Positions 18,642 to 28,694 of a stretch of 64,000 bases of DNA are shown here, piece by piece. The stretch lies in the IMG/VR virus record IMGVR_UViG_2541047857_000009; one strand, given 5' to 3'. The stretch's first letter is position 1; each line of letters opens with the position of its first letter. The notes under the pieces were generated by a model. It was not told where the DNA came from, ran no database searches, and saw nothing but the letters and a program-made list of their open reading frames with translations. The position numbers and the translations under genes were made by a program. The stretch is from a virus (lineage: Duplodnaviria > Heunggongvirae > Uroviricota > Caudoviricetes).

Positions 18642-19091
18642 ATGCCACGTTATCGTCGCGTTAATATCGACGGTCAGTCTCTGTACAAGACCGAAACCCG
18701 CACTACGGCCGCCGCGCTGCTTCCCGGTACTGCGGCAACTATCAACTCATCCGATAAATTCGCTCAGGCCACCGCGCTAACCGGTCGCCTGTACATCATC
18801 GATGTTGGTTACCACCAGGGCCTGACCATCACTGAATCAATCCCTGCCGGTGATTCTGCTGTCGGCAACTACGTCGAAGAAGGTCGTGAGCTGGCGCTGC
18901 GCTGCCTGCCTGGTGCGTATAAGAAAGACAGTCCGATCAAGCTGGGTACTGCCGGTCAGTTTACCCTGGCAACCGATGATACTGATTCAGTGATCGGCTA
19001 CAGCCAGGATGAATACACCATCGCGGCCAGCACCACTGACTTCATTCGCGTGCGTATGCGCGTTGGCACTGTCGCCGCAGCTGGCGCGTAA
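18642..19091 (+). CDS. Head structural protein (DUF2190-like)
   Basis: 149 aa immediately upstream of major capsid gene. Confidence 0.55.
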   Translation: MPRYRRVNIDGQSLYKTETRTTAAALLPGTAATINSSDKFAQATALTGRLYIIDVGYHQGLTITESIPAGDSAVGNYVEEGRELALRCLPGAYKKDSPIKLGTAGQFTLATDDTDSVIGYSQDEYTIAASTTDFIRVRMRVGTVAAAGA

Positions 19092-19108
19092 CAAAAGGAC
19101 AAACACAT

Positions 19109-20185
19109 ATGTACTTCTCTAAAGAGACGCTGGCGACTAACTCCCGCCTCGGCGGGCACTGGAGCGAACTGTGGGCAAACCGCAACATGTGGAACCTTCA
19201 GAACGATTCCATCATCGCGGCTAACCGCGCAATCATGACGCCTGACATGCTGGCATGTAACGCCGTTGGCGGTTTCTCCCGTGACTTCTGGGCTGAGATT
19301 GACAATCAGGTGCTGCAACTGCGCGATCAGGAAGTTGGCATGGAAATCGTGAACGACCTGATCGGCGTTCAGACCGTGCTGCCGGTCGGTAAAACCGCCA
19401 AGCTGTATAACGTCGTTGGCGACATCGCTGACGACGTGTCAGTAAGCATCGATGGTCAGGCGCCGTTCTCCTTCGATCACACCGACTACGCGAGCGACGG
19501 TGACCCGATTCCGGTGTTCACTGCTGGTTACGGTGTTAACTGGCGTCATGCTGCTGGTCTGAACTCTGTTGGCATTGACTTGGTGCTGGACTCGCAGATG
19601 GCGAAGATGCGCAAGTTCAACCAGAAGCGCGTTAACTACTACCTGAACGGCGATTCAAAAATTCAGGTTCAGTCCTACCCGGCGCAGGGCATCAAGAACC
19701 ACCGCAACACCAAGAAGATTAACCTCGGTTCTGGTGCTGGTGGTGCGAACATCGACCTGACAACCGCTGACATGACCGCGATCTTTGCATTCTTCGGTAA
19801 AGGCGCATTCGGCACCACCGCACGCACGAACAAAGTCGCCGCCTACGATGTGATGTGGGTTTCCCCGGAAATCTGGGCAAACCTGGCGCAGCCGTACGTG
19901 GTGAATGGCGTCGTAAGCGGCACTGTGTTGCAGGCTGTTCTGCCTTTCGCGCCGGTGAAAGAAATCCGCATGAGCTTCGCACTGAGTGGTAACGAGTTTA
20001 TCGCGTACGTTCGTCGTCGTGACGTGATCTCCCCACTGGTTGGTATGGCTGTCGGCGTTGTTCCGCTGCCGCGCCCACTGCCTAACGTTAACTACAACTT
20101 CCAGATTATGTCTGCTGAAGGTCTGCAAATAACCGCAGACGATCAGGGCCTGTCTGGCGTTGTCTACGGCGCTAACCTGGCGTAA
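19109..20185 (+). CDS. Major capsid protein
   Basis: 358 aa, position and size; strong RBS context. Confidence 0.75.
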   Translation: MYFSKETLATNSRLGGHWSELWANRNMWNLQNDSIIAANRAIMTPDMLACNAVGGFSRDFWAEIDNQVLQLRDQEVGMEIVNDLIGVQTVLPVGKTAKLYNVVGDIADDVSVSIDGQAPFSFDHTDYASDGDPIPVFTAGYGVNWRHAAGLNSVGIDLVLDSQMAKMRKFNQKRVNYYLNGDSKIQVQSYPAQGIKNHRNTKKINLGSGAGGANIDLTTADMTAIFAFFGKGAFGTTARTNKVAAYDVMWVSPEIWANLAQPYVVNGVVSGTVLQAVLPFAPVKEIRMSFALSGNEFIAYVRRRDVISPLVGMAVGVVPLPRPLPNVNYNFQIMSAEGLQITADDQGLSGVVYGANLA

Positions 20186-20194
20186 GGAAACAGC

Positions 20195-20488
20195 ATGGCT
20201 AAATACGAAGTTGTGCGCCCATGGTTCGGCGTGAAGATTGGCGACGTGGTGGAGTTGAAAGAGCTTCACCCGGCGCTGAAGTCTAACGTCCGGCTGATGA
20301 AAGGCGAGGCTGGTGGCGAGCTGAAACCTGCAACACCTGATGCCGGTACCGGTGAGAAATCACGCAAAGAGGCTATCCAGGCTCGTTTGACTGAGCTGGG
20401 CATCGAGTTCAAAGGCAATCTGGGCGAAGAAAAGCTCAGTGAGCTGTTGCCTGACGGTGAGCTCGAAAAGCTTTTCCCTGCTGAATAA
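20195..20488 (+). CDS. Hypothetical head-associated protein
   Basis: 97-aa ORF followed by terminator. Confidence 0.45.
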   Translation: MAKYEVVRPWFGVKIGDVVELKELHPALKSNVRLMKGEAGGELKPATPDAGTGEKSRKEAIQARLTELGIEFKGNLGEEKLSELLPDGELEKLFPAE

Positions 20489-20490
20489 CA

Positions 20491-20513
20491 GCCGCCGCTA
20501 AGGCGGTTTTTTT
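20491..20513 (+). terminator. Intrinsic terminator after capsid module
   Basis: CCGCC-GCTAA-GGCGG hairpin followed by TTTTTTT. Confidence 0.6.
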
Positions 20514-20550
20514 ATGCCCCGCTCCGGCGGGGTATTTCACGGAGTCGATA

Positions 20551-20952
20551 ATGGTAACTCTCGAACAGGCGAAGGAGTATCTGGAGAGCCAGGGAATTAC
20601 CATTCCCGATTTTGTTCTTCAGGCTCTCGTCGACCAGGCCAACAGCATTCAGGAGTGTCTCGATGCGCATTATCCGGCATCGACCTCGCTGTTGATTCAG
20701 CTCTATCTGCTGGCGCTTATGGGGCTCGGGCAGGGGGACAAATACATCTCCAGCCAGACGGCTCCAAGCGGGGCGTCCCGCTCTTTCCGGTACCAGTCGT
20801 TCACCGACCGCTGGAAAGCATCAGTGAACCTGTTGCGGGGGCTGGATAAGTACGGTTGTGCAACCTCCCTTATTCCTGCCGACCCTACCGCCACCCCGGC
20901 ATTCGCTGGTATCTGGATCGGTAAGGGCGGCTGCATGTGCGGGGATAAGTGA
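20551..20952 (+). CDS. Head-tail connector / head completion protein
   Basis: 133 aa, first gene after capsid terminator. Confidence 0.55.
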   Translation: MVTLEQAKEYLESQGITIPDFVLQALVDQANSIQECLDAHYPASTSLLIQLYLLALMGLGQGDKYISSQTAPSGASRSFRYQSFTDRWKASVNLLRGLDKYGCATSLIPADPTATPAFAGIWIGKGGCMCGDK

Positions 20953-21125
20953 TGACGTATAAATCAGTGACGGAAGGCAAGCCGAAGCCGCTCACTCGCG
21001 TATGGGTTGAAACCGACACCCGGCGGGAGACTACCGCCTACGTGAAATCGGACGGCGAGTGGCATATAAACTGCCCGCGCATACGGGCTACTGGCGCGAA
21101 GGTGTTGAGGTGGAAAGATGGCTGA
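20952..21125 (+). CDS. Hypothetical small protein (57 aa)
   Basis: Own translation MTYKSVTEGKPKPLTRVWVETD...; start overlaps previous stop. Confidence 0.35.
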   Translation: MTYKSVTEGKPKPLTRVWVETDTRRETTAYVKSDGEWHINCPRIRATGAKVLRWKDG

Positions 21126-21351
21126 ACGATACGATGCGCATGCCTTTAAGTGCGAAGACAACTGGTCGCTGTTCATCTGGATGAACGACTCCGGAGTTAA
21201 GTTTATTGGCCGCCATGCTGAAACTTACGAGAAAGCCAAAGCTGACTTTCTGGAGCAGGCTGATGCTAAGCGCCTCGCCAGTCAATCAGGCTCGATGCGG
21301 CCTCTTGATGATTTCAGAATCGTTGAGAAGGTGGAGGTATTCACTCTATGA
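21118..21351 (+). CDS. Hypothetical protein
   Basis: 77-aa ORF in head-tail joining module. Confidence 0.45.
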   Translation: MAERYDAHAFKCEDNWSLFIWMNDSGVKFIGRHAETYEKAKADFLEQADAKRLASQSGSMRPLDDFRIVEKVEVFTL

Positions 21352-21698
21352 GCAGCGTGGCCAACTGGTCTTACACCGCCACGGCGACAATCTGGCGAAA
21401 GCTGGAAGGCAATGACGAATACGGCGATCCGCTGGGTTATGCCGAACCTGAGCAAATCCTCTGTGATTACGAGGGCGGGCTCAGCAAGAAGTTAGCCAGC
21501 CTGGGCGCTGAAATCGTCGTGAAAAATACCGTCTGGACGGAGTTCGCGCTGGCGGCCGCGGGGGATTACCTGCTGATTGGTGTATCGACTGAAGAAGACC
21601 CGGTTGTGGCCGGTGCCGACGAGGTGAGGCAAGTTATTCGCTATGCCGACACGTTCGAGCGCCTGGCGGATGATTACGCCATCCTGACGGGAGTGTAG
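21348..21698 (+). CDS. Head-tail adaptor-like protein
   Basis: 116 aa, overlapping start/stop with neighbours. Confidence 0.5.
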   Translation: MSSVANWSYTATATIWRKLEGNDEYGDPLGYAEPEQILCDYEGGLSKKLASLGAEIVVKNTVWTEFALAAAGDYLLIGVSTEEDPVVAGADEVRQVIRYADTFERLADDYAILTGV

Positions 21699-21700
21699 CC

Positions 21701-22165
21701 ATGGGCATAAAAGTGAAGGGCATCAGCCAGGCGAAGAAGCACCTGAACGATGTCATCAACGACGTTAAGGGCCGTAAGGTAATTCGCGCGTTGCAGTCAG
21801 CGATGATGCTTATCGGTACCCGGGCGGCATATTACACCCCGATCGACACCTCTACCTTGGTTAACAGCCAGTTCCGTGAAATCGACGCTGGCGGGGTGCT
21901 CATCACCGGGCGCATCGGTTACTCAGCCAACTATGCCGCGTACGTGCACGAGGCGTCAGGCAAGCTGAAAGGCCAGCCGCGCGCGCATTTTGGTGTGACC
22001 AGTAACCGGTCTGAGTTCGGCCCGCAGAAACCGAAAGAATTCGGTGGCGGGACAGGAAAGGGCAACTACTGGGATCCGCATGGTGAGCCGCAATTCCTGA
22101 CCAAAGGCGCAAATGACGAGCGCGATAACGTTGACGCGGTGATGCGCAAGGAGCTTTCGCTATGA
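21701..22165 (+). CDS. Tail component (HK97 gp10-like)
   Basis: 154 aa, position in head-tail joining module. Confidence 0.55.
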   Translation: MGIKVKGISQAKKHLNDVINDVKGRKVIRALQSAMMLIGTRAAYYTPIDTSTLVNSQFREIDAGGVLITGRIGYSANYAAYVHEASGKLKGQPRAHFGVTSNRSEFGPQKPKEFGGGTGKGNYWDPHGEPQFLTKGANDERDNVDAVMRKELSL

Positions 22166-22545
22166 CACCCATGATGCACGAGCGGGTGCGCAACATGTTC
22201 GGCGACGCCGGGCTAACGACCGGCTTCACGGTGCAGCAGTTGATGTACGACGACCCGGGCGACCAGTCGAAGGCGATCATGGTGTTCAGGCCAAACGGTG
22301 GTTCGAATATCCGCACTGATCTTGGCTCTGAGTACCACGTCTTGGTCGACGTTGTCGGCGCGAAAGATAAGCGCAGAGACGCGCTCAATGCAGTGCAGCG
22401 TATCGTCGATTATGTCCAGGCTAACCCAATGGCTGACGAATGCGTCGGCTACATCCAGAACATGGGCGCAATTCCCGCGCCGGTGCTCACAGAAGAAGGG
22501 CGAATAGTCTTCCGACTCCAGTTCGCCTGCACTTACGGCGAATAG
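22162..22545 (+). CDS. Tail completion protein
   Basis: 127 aa, followed by terminator then major tail gene. Confidence 0.5.
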   Translation: MTPMMHERVRNMFGDAGLTTGFTVQQLMYDDPGDQSKAIMVFRPNGGSNIRTDLGSEYHVLVDVVGAKDKRRDALNAVQRIVDYVQANPMADECVGYIQNMGAIPAPVLTEEGRIVFRLQFACTYGE

Positions 22546-22562
22546 CCATCCCAACCAAATAA

Positions 22563-22585
22563 CCCGCTCCGGCGGGTTTTCTTTT
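22563..22585 (+). terminator. Intrinsic terminator
   Basis: CCCGC-TCCG-GCGGG hairpin followed by TTTTCTTTT. Confidence 0.6.
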
Positions 22586-22607
22586 ATACGTCAAAGAGGA
22601 GTTTCAC

Positions 22608-23351
22608 ATGGCTAATTGCCAGAACTCGAACGAGCGCCTGTTCGGCGGTGCGGTCGTGCTGGAAGTCGCCGATGGCTGCCCTGACGTCAAGCCACTTGAA
22701 TCTGAGTGGATGGCGCTGGCGGCTGGTACGTCGAAGGGCTTCGACTTCAACCCGAACTCGGTTACCTCTGATGCAGATGACGGCGGCGGCTATGTCGAGA
22801 CCATCATCACCAACAGTGACTTCACCCTGAGCTTTGAAGGCGAAGTGCGCAAGAAGGACAAGCTGGATCAGTACGGTGTCGGTAAGTTCATCAAGTATTT
22901 TGCTGATGAACTGAAGGCCAAGCGCCAGCCCGGTATCTGGGTGCGCATGGACTACGGCCCGGTCGAATTCATCGGCTACATGAATATCACGGCGCTGAGC
23001 TCTGACGGTGGCACGAACGATATCGTCACGTTCTCCACTGAGTTCAAAGTCGGCGACGCTAGCACCATCGAAGTGAACGAAATCACTGCGGTAGCGGTGA
23101 CTGGCGTGACGGTAACACCGGCAACCAGCACTGGCGCGGCGGGTGGTACCAGCACCTTCACGGTGAATATCGCACCAACCGGCGCAACAAACACAGGCTT
23201 CACCGTTGCATCAACTGATCCAGCCAAAGCCACTGCCACAGCATCCGGTACCACCGTCACGGTGAACCGCGTCGCCACCGGCAGCGCGCAGATCATCATC
23301 AATACCGAAGACGGCAACTTTGTGGCCGTGCATACGGTTACCGTTACCTAA
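22608..23351 (+). CDS. Major tail protein with C-terminal Ig-like domain
   Basis: C-terminal Thr/Val-rich Ig-like region (VTGVTVTPATSTG...TVTVNRVATGSAQI). Confidence 0.7.
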   Translation: MANCQNSNERLFGGAVVLEVADGCPDVKPLESEWMALAAGTSKGFDFNPNSVTSDADDGGGYVETIITNSDFTLSFEGEVRKKDKLDQYGVGKFIKYFADELKAKRQPGIWVRMDYGPVEFIGYMNITALSSDGGTNDIVTFSTEFKVGDASTIEVNEITAVAVTGVTVTPATSTGAAGGTSTFTVNIAPTGATNTGFTVASTDPAKATATASGTTVTVNRVATGSAQIIINTEDGNFVAVHTVTVT

Positions 23352-23408
23352 CGGACATTCCAAAGGGCGGCGTGCTGCCCTTGATAATGACCGTTTACTG
23401 GAAGGCAT

Positions 23409-24077
23409 ATGACCGCTTTAACCGATATTGGCGAACTCTCTATCAGCGACAGCCGCGCAGGCGGTAAAGACTACCTGCTCAGGCCCTCATTCGAGGCTAT
23501 GACGAGGATCGGCGCTCCAGAGGAGATTGTGCAGGCGTATGCCACCATCCACGGCAAAGACGTCGCACAGCTGGTTGAGGTGTGCGCTGGCATGCTGGGG
23601 CGCTTTCCTGAATGGCTATCACCTTCATTCAACCGTGCAGCCGAGAAGCTGTTATCGACGTGCATGCTTGTGCTACAGGCGTGCTGTGAGGACGACCTGA
23701 CGCCAATGATCGGCGAATGGAAAGGATGGCGGCATTGTGTCGTCTACCGCCCGGGCCAGATGCCTAAGAACGACATTATCGTACTGGCGCAGCACCTCAT
23801 GCAGCACGGCATCGTCGGAAAGGCAAAGGTTCGCCAGTTGCAGCGCCACGAGACTGGCGAGCGCACTACGGAGTTCAAAGCCTTCGACTACATCAGCGCA
23901 GCACGTAGTCACTTTGGAATGAACCGCGCCGAAGCCTCTCAGTTAACGATGACCGAATTTCAGATGCTGCTGGCGGCGAAATACCCCGATCAGAAAGGTT
24001 TCACTCGCGATGAGTATGACAGCATCGCCGACGAATACCTGGCTAAACAGGCTGCACGTAGAAAGAAAGCCCAATAA
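23409..24077 (+). CDS. Tail assembly chaperone (putative)
   Basis: 222 aa between major tail and tape measure genes. Confidence 0.5.
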   Translation: MTALTDIGELSISDSRAGGKDYLLRPSFEAMTRIGAPEEIVQAYATIHGKDVAQLVEVCAGMLGRFPEWLSPSFNRAAEKLLSTCMLVLQACCEDDLTPMIGEWKGWRHCVVYRPGQMPKNDIIVLAQHLMQHGIVGKAKVRQLQRHETGERTTEFKAFDYISAARSHFGMNRAEASQLTMTEFQMLLAAKYPDQKGFTRDEYDSIADEYLAKQAARRKKAQ

Positions 24078-24090
24078 ATTGGGCTCTATT

Positions 24091-24303
24091 TTAGAAAACC
24101 AACGTCAAATGCTCTCTACCAATCCGGGCTAAATCACTGACGTTCATTGGTACTCGGCCCCTAACGTCGATTTTAATGTGACCACCGGCATTAGCTACGG
24201 TTCTTATTAAGTCAGAAATATTCATTGGAATTGCACAATCGGCAGTAATTTCTATATGAACTCCAGTTCTGGCTATATCACTAATATTCATTGGTAACGG
24301 CAT
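24091..24303 (-). CDS. Hypothetical small repeat protein on opposite strand inside tail module
   Basis: 70 aa with three PMN(I/V)SD(I/L)(A/I)R repeats; AT-rich; convergent with chaperone gene. Confidence 0.4.
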   Translation of the reverse strand: MPLPMNISDIARTGVHIEITADCAIPMNISDLIRTVANAGGHIKIDVRGRVPMNVSDLARIGREHLTLVF

Positions 24304-24417
24304 AAATCCTCCATTGTTTTAAAAACAGCAATCATTTCAGCACGTTCATTACTTTTCTATTGTGATGAGCCTTAAGATTCAGCGAAATACCATCGTCAGT
24401 ACTATTTGGAGAATGAC

Positions 24418-27348
24418 ATGGCTGGTGAGAAGAACGCCGGTAGCATCGTTTATGAAATCAGCGCTGACGTTGAGCCGCTGCTGCAGGGCGGGAAGCAGGC
24501 CATTGATGCTCTGGATAAATTGGATGCGGCAGCTCAGCAGTCCGGCAAGGGAATGGATAACCTCGATCAAAGCACGTCTCAAACCGGATCCGCGTTTACT
24601 GAACTGGCTGGTTATGCCAACTCGATGGATAACCAACTGCGCAAGCTTAACACCAATGTGAGCGGGATCGCCCGCGCAATGGAAGAGGCCCGCAGCGGGA
24701 CCGGTGGCGCCAACAGTGAGTTCAATCGCGCTGAATCCATCATCGAGGCGCTGGGTAACCAACTCGCTGTGCTGGACGAAGCACAGGAGAATGGCGCTCG
24801 CAGTGCTGCCGTTCTGGCTGCCCAGTTGCGCGCCGGGTCAAAAGCGACCGATGAAGAGAAGCAGAAGATCGGCGAATTGACCGGCCGACTGTATGACATG
24901 AAAACAGGCGTGGAAACCGGAGCGAAAGGAACTGGAGCCTGGAAAAACAGCATGCAACAGGCTGGGTACCAGGTTCAGGACTTTATCATTCAGGTTCAGG
25001 GCGGCCAGTCCGCGCTGGTAGCGTTTGCACAGCAGGGCTCTCAACTTGCCGGTGCATTCGGGCCGGGTGGTGCGGTAATTGGTTCTGTTATCGCACTGAG
25101 TTCTGTCCTGGCCGGTGTGCTCATCACTTCTCTGAATGGCGGCAAGAACGCCATGGATGCGCTGAAAGACGCAGCCGAGGCGATGGACAAGGTCATTACC
25201 ATTTCCCAAAATGGCGTGGCCGCTCTGTCTGATAAATACGCATTGCTCGCGAAAACGAATACCGAAGTAGCAACGCTGATGCGTAACCAGGCACTGCTGG
25301 AATACAACGAGGCTATCAACAAGATACCGAAGGCGATTAGCGATGCTTCGAGCTCGTTACTTTCCTTCGGCGATAAGGCACTTTCTGCATTTTCCGGTGG
25401 TTATGCGTCAGTCGATGGCTTTAACGATCGTCTGGCTACTCTTGAAATCACCACGGATAACTATTCCGAGGCGATGAAGCAGGCATACGGTGCCGGGCAG
25501 GCATTCCAGGCGACCGCAAACAGCATTGGCAACACCGTCGGAGCCGTTGCCGACAAGTTCGGGATATCAGAGCAGAAAGCCTTCGAGTTCAGCAAGCAAC
25601 TTTCCGATATTGCCAAAAACCCAACACCGGAAGCCCTGCAGCGACTTGCTACTGAACTGCAGAACACTCAGAGCTCAACCGAGAAAGGGCAGACTGCGCT
25701 CACGGCATTTGTTGGGAAACTGGTTGAGTTATCACGTGAAGCCGTCATTGCTAAAGGTAATGTTGCTGCTCTGAAGCAGGAAACGGATAACCTTACCGCC
25801 GGGCAGAAGAACCTTATCAAGCAGTCAGAGCGTAACCTTGCGCTGTCAAAACTGCAGGGTGAGGCTCGCGCCCGACTTCAGGCGCAATATGCCGCTGAAG
25901 ATGCGGGGTTTGCAAAAGATGATCCGCACGCCAAACAAATGGAAAATGACGCTGCCGCTACGTACAAAAATACGCAGGCGCAGAAGACACTTCAGTCCGA
26001 GCAGAAGAAAGGTGCTTCCCAGGCTGATTCTATTGCTCAGAAACTGGCGAACCTGAAACAGCAATCAGAGCTCGCTGCCGACTCAACAAGCAAGCTGAGC
26101 CGGGAACAAGCGATCCTGAATGCTCAGCAGTCACTTGGTAAAGGCGCAACGAAGGAGCAGATCGCGCTGGCTGGGCAGTACGCCGCAACAAAATGGGACA
26201 CTGCTAACGCCATTAAAGCGCAAGCGGCAGCTGAGAAGCTTCTCCCTGAGGCGCGTGAGAATGCCAGTTACAAGCAGGATGTAGAGGATCTGAACACCGC
26301 TCTGGCTGCGAAGAAAATCAGTCAGGAGCAGTTCAATCAGACTTCCGAGCGACTGGAGGCAACTCACCAGGCAAACCTCGCCAAAATCCGCGCCCAGCAG
26401 GCTGTGACGCCACAGCAGGATGCAGTCGGTGGAGTTGACCCTGTTCAGCAACTTGCTAACGAGAACGCTCGCAAGCTAGCGCTCATTCAGGCATTCGAAC
26501 AGCAGGGGCTTATCACTCACCAGAATGCGCTCATGCTGCGCGCTACAGCTGACAAGGAGTATGAGCAGGCTCGCATCGCTGCCCAATGGGAGATCTTCCG
26601 CAATCAGAGCGCAGGTAATGAAGCACTGGCGGCGTCCTTCGATGCACTGGCCGGTAATGCGTCCAACGCCTTAACCGGCATCATTACCGGGAGCATGTCA
26701 GCGTCTGATGCCCTGCGCTCGATCGGGAATACCGTACTGAACAGCCTCATCAACACCTTCGTTCAGATGGGCGTTGAGTGGGTGAAGTCAGCCATCATGG
26801 GGCAGACGGCCACCACTGCTGCAGTTGCAGCATCGACCACTGCTCAGGCGGCAGGCATTGCCACTACCACGGCGACGTCTACCGCGGCGGCGGCGGCTAC
26901 GACAGCGGCCTGGACTCCGGCAGCCATTATGTCATCCATCGCCTCATTCGGTGGTGCGGTGGCGATCGGCATCGGAGCTATGGCTGGCATCCTGGCGCTG
27001 TCTGGCAAGCGAAAGAACGGCGGGCCCGTTTCGGCTGGCGGAATGTACCAGGTCGGCGAAGGCGGGATGCCTGAGATTTACCAGGCCAGCACCGGAAAGC
27101 AGTACATGATACCGGGCGACAACGGTCGAGTGATCAGCAATAAGGACATGGCTTCAGGAGGTGGTGGCGGGGTGGTAATCAACATCCAGAACTACACGTC
27201 ATCCTCGGTCGATGCGCAAGCTGGCACGGATGCCAATGGGGGCGTGACCGTCGATGTCATCGTCGCTGACCTGAATAATGGCGGGCCGATTAGCAGCGGT
27301 ATAACCAGCAACTTCAATGTCAAACGCAAGCCAAGGGGGCAGGGCTGA
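24418..27348 (+). CDS. Tail tape measure protein
   Basis: About 975 aa, Ala/Gln-rich coiled coil, hydrophobic Ala-rich segment near C-terminus; GGAGA SD. Confidence 0.9.
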   Translation: MAGEKNAGSIVYEISADVEPLLQGGKQAIDALDKLDAAAQQSGKGMDNLDQSTSQTGSAFTELAGYANSMDNQLRKLNTNVSGIARAMEEARSGTGGANSEFNRAESIIEALGNQLAVLDEAQENGARSAAVLAAQLRAGSKATDEEKQKIGELTGRLYDMKTGVETGAKGTGAWKNSMQQAGYQVQDFIIQVQGGQSALVAFAQQGSQLAGAFGPGGAVIGSVIALSSVLAGVLITSLNGGKNAMDALKDAAEAMDKVITISQNGVAALSDKYALLAKTNTEVATLMRNQALLEYNEAINKIPKAISDASSSLLSFGDKALSAFSGGYASVDGFNDRLATLEITTDNYSEAMKQAYGAGQAFQATANSIGNTVGAVADKFGISEQKAFEFSKQLSDIAKNPTPEALQRLATELQNTQSSTEKGQTALTAFVGKLVELSREAVIAKGNVAALKQETDNLTAGQKNLIKQSERNLALSKLQGEARARLQAQYAAEDAGFAKDDPHAKQMENDAAATYKNTQAQKTLQSEQKKGASQADSIAQKLANLKQQSELAADSTSKLSREQAILNAQQSLGKGATKEQIALAGQYAATKWDTANAIKAQAAAEKLLPEARENASYKQDVEDLNTALAAKKISQEQFNQTSERLEATHQANLAKIRAQQAVTPQQDAVGGVDPVQQLANENARKLALIQAFEQQGLITHQNALMLRATADKEYEQARIAAQWEIFRNQSAGNEALAASFDALAGNASNALTGIITGSMSASDALRSIGNTVLNSLINTFVQMGVEWVKSAIMGQTATTAAVAASTTAQAAGIATTTATSTAAAAATTAAWTPAAIMSSIASFGGAVAIGIGAMAGILALSGKRKNGGPVSAGGMYQVGEGGMPEIYQASTGKQYMIPGDNGRVISNKDMASGGGGGVVINIQNYTSSSVDAQAGTDANGGVTVDVIVADLNNGGPISSGITSNFNVKRKPRGQG

Positions 27349-27845
27349 TGCCAATTATAGACTATCCCGACTGGCTGCCGCTGGCGCAGAAGGCCAGCAA
27401 AAACATGACTCTCGATACCGGGTTCCAGGCCGATCAGCCAGCGGTCGGCCCGGCCATCTTCGAGAATCAAACCGACGACCTGAAAGTGACCTGGTCGCTG
27501 ACGTGGATATTCACCCTGGCGCAGGAGCGCGCTTTCCAGCAGTGGCTGCGCAGCCCGAACTATCTCAACCGGGGCCTGAACTGGTTCCGGATGAATATCA
27601 ACCTGGGCGGCAGTGGCCTCCAGCTGCAGGAGCTTCATTTCACGCAGATGCCGGTGCAAACCAGTATCGACGGCGGGGTGGTGACCTGGACGGGAACCGT
27701 TATTGCGAACCACCTCTACAATGCCGACGACGAATTTGACGACATCATTGTTGAACTGCCGCCGCCGTGGGATTCCTGGCTGGATATCGTTGTCACTGGC
27801 TATCCGGACGGACGCGATCCTGAATCACTACCGAGGGTGCCGTAA
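27348..27845 (+). CDS. Minor tail protein
   Basis: 165 aa directly after tape measure. Confidence 0.6.
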   Translation: MPIIDYPDWLPLAQKASKNMTLDTGFQADQPAVGPAIFENQTDDLKVTWSLTWIFTLAQERAFQQWLRSPNYLNRGLNWFRMNINLGGSGLQLQELHFTQMPVQTSIDGGVVTWTGTVIANHLYNADDEFDDIIVELPPPWDSWLDIVVTGYPDGRDPESLPRVP

Positions 27846-28315
27846 TGCCGAGCTTCAGGGAGTATAAGCAGCAGCGGCCGACGCGCGGGCTGTACGACAC
27901 CATCACGTTCTACCATCCATCCTTTGGCTACGTCCGCCTGGTCGACAAGCAGTTCTTTCCGAAGACGCTCGGCGGCCAGACGTATATGCCAGCGCGCTTT
28001 GAAATCGAAGAGAGCCAGCAGAGCGGCACGCCGGTGATCGACGCGACGGTGAAGTTAGGGCGGCTTTCGTCGGACATCAAAGCGCTGATGAAGCAGTGGA
28101 AGGGCGCGGCCCGGCTGACGGCCATCACGGCCACAAGGCAGATCTTCGATAGCGGGGACGTGTCTGTGCCGATTAAGTCCTGGCAGTTATACGTCAAGAC
28201 AGTGGACATCGATGCTGACTCCGCGTCGGTCACTCTGTCCGTCACCAACCCGCTGAACAACAACATCGGAAGGCTCTATGACCCAACGGAATATACCGGC
28301 CTGCAGTACCTCTGA
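27845..28315 (+). CDS. Minor tail protein
   Basis: 156 aa, overlapping start/stop. Confidence 0.6.
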   Translation: MPSFREYKQQRPTRGLYDTITFYHPSFGYVRLVDKQFFPKTLGGQTYMPARFEIEESQQSGTPVIDATVKLGRLSSDIKALMKQWKGAARLTAITATRQIFDSGDVSVPIKSWQLYVKTVDIDADSASVTLSVTNPLNNNIGRLYDPTEYTGLQYL

Positions 28316-28694
28316 TTTTGCTCGGAAGGTGATCGGCGTGCCGTGGGCTAACCGGGCCTGCTCGTTCGATAGGGTCGACTGCTGGGGCTTGTGCGTGCTG
28401 TATTACCGGCACGTTCTCGGCATTGAACTGCACCAGACGCCGGACTACGAAGCCGGTGAGGACTTCTTCACCTGCTATCAAAGTGATGTCGTTTTCTGGC
28501 ACCCGGTGGATAAGCCGGTCGAGGGCGGGATATTCGTCGGGTACCGCGGCGCGCAACCGGCGCATGTTGGCCTGGTACTGAACCGGCAGGCGCTGCACTC
28601 GCGCGGCGAGAACGGAAGCGTACGCATGGACTCGTTGCTGGTCATTCAGCGGGCATTCACCAAAGTGGAGTTTTTCGAATATGGCGCTGGTTGA
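28278..28694 (+). CDS. Tail-associated NlpC/P60 (C40) peptidase-like protein
   Basis: Cys/His pair (DCWGLCVLYY ... AQPAHVGLVL) as in lambda gpK-like tail proteins; start uncertain. Confidence 0.65.
   Translation: MTQRNIPACSTSDFARKVIGVPWANRACSFDRVDCWGLCVLYYRHVLGIELHQTPDYEAGEDFFTCYQSDVVFWHPVDKPVEGGIFVGYRGAQPAHVGLVLNRQALHSRGENGSVRMDSLLVIQRAFTKVEFFEYGAG

Noticed and set aside
19655-20269. 204-aa minus-strand ORF overlapping the major capsid gene
   Set aside because: Antisense to the capsid gene, no RBS; spurious.
26778-27109. Arg-rich alternative-frame ORFs inside the tape measure gene
   Set aside because: Frame artefacts of the Ala/Gly-rich coding region; the tape measure frame is continuous and explains the sequence.
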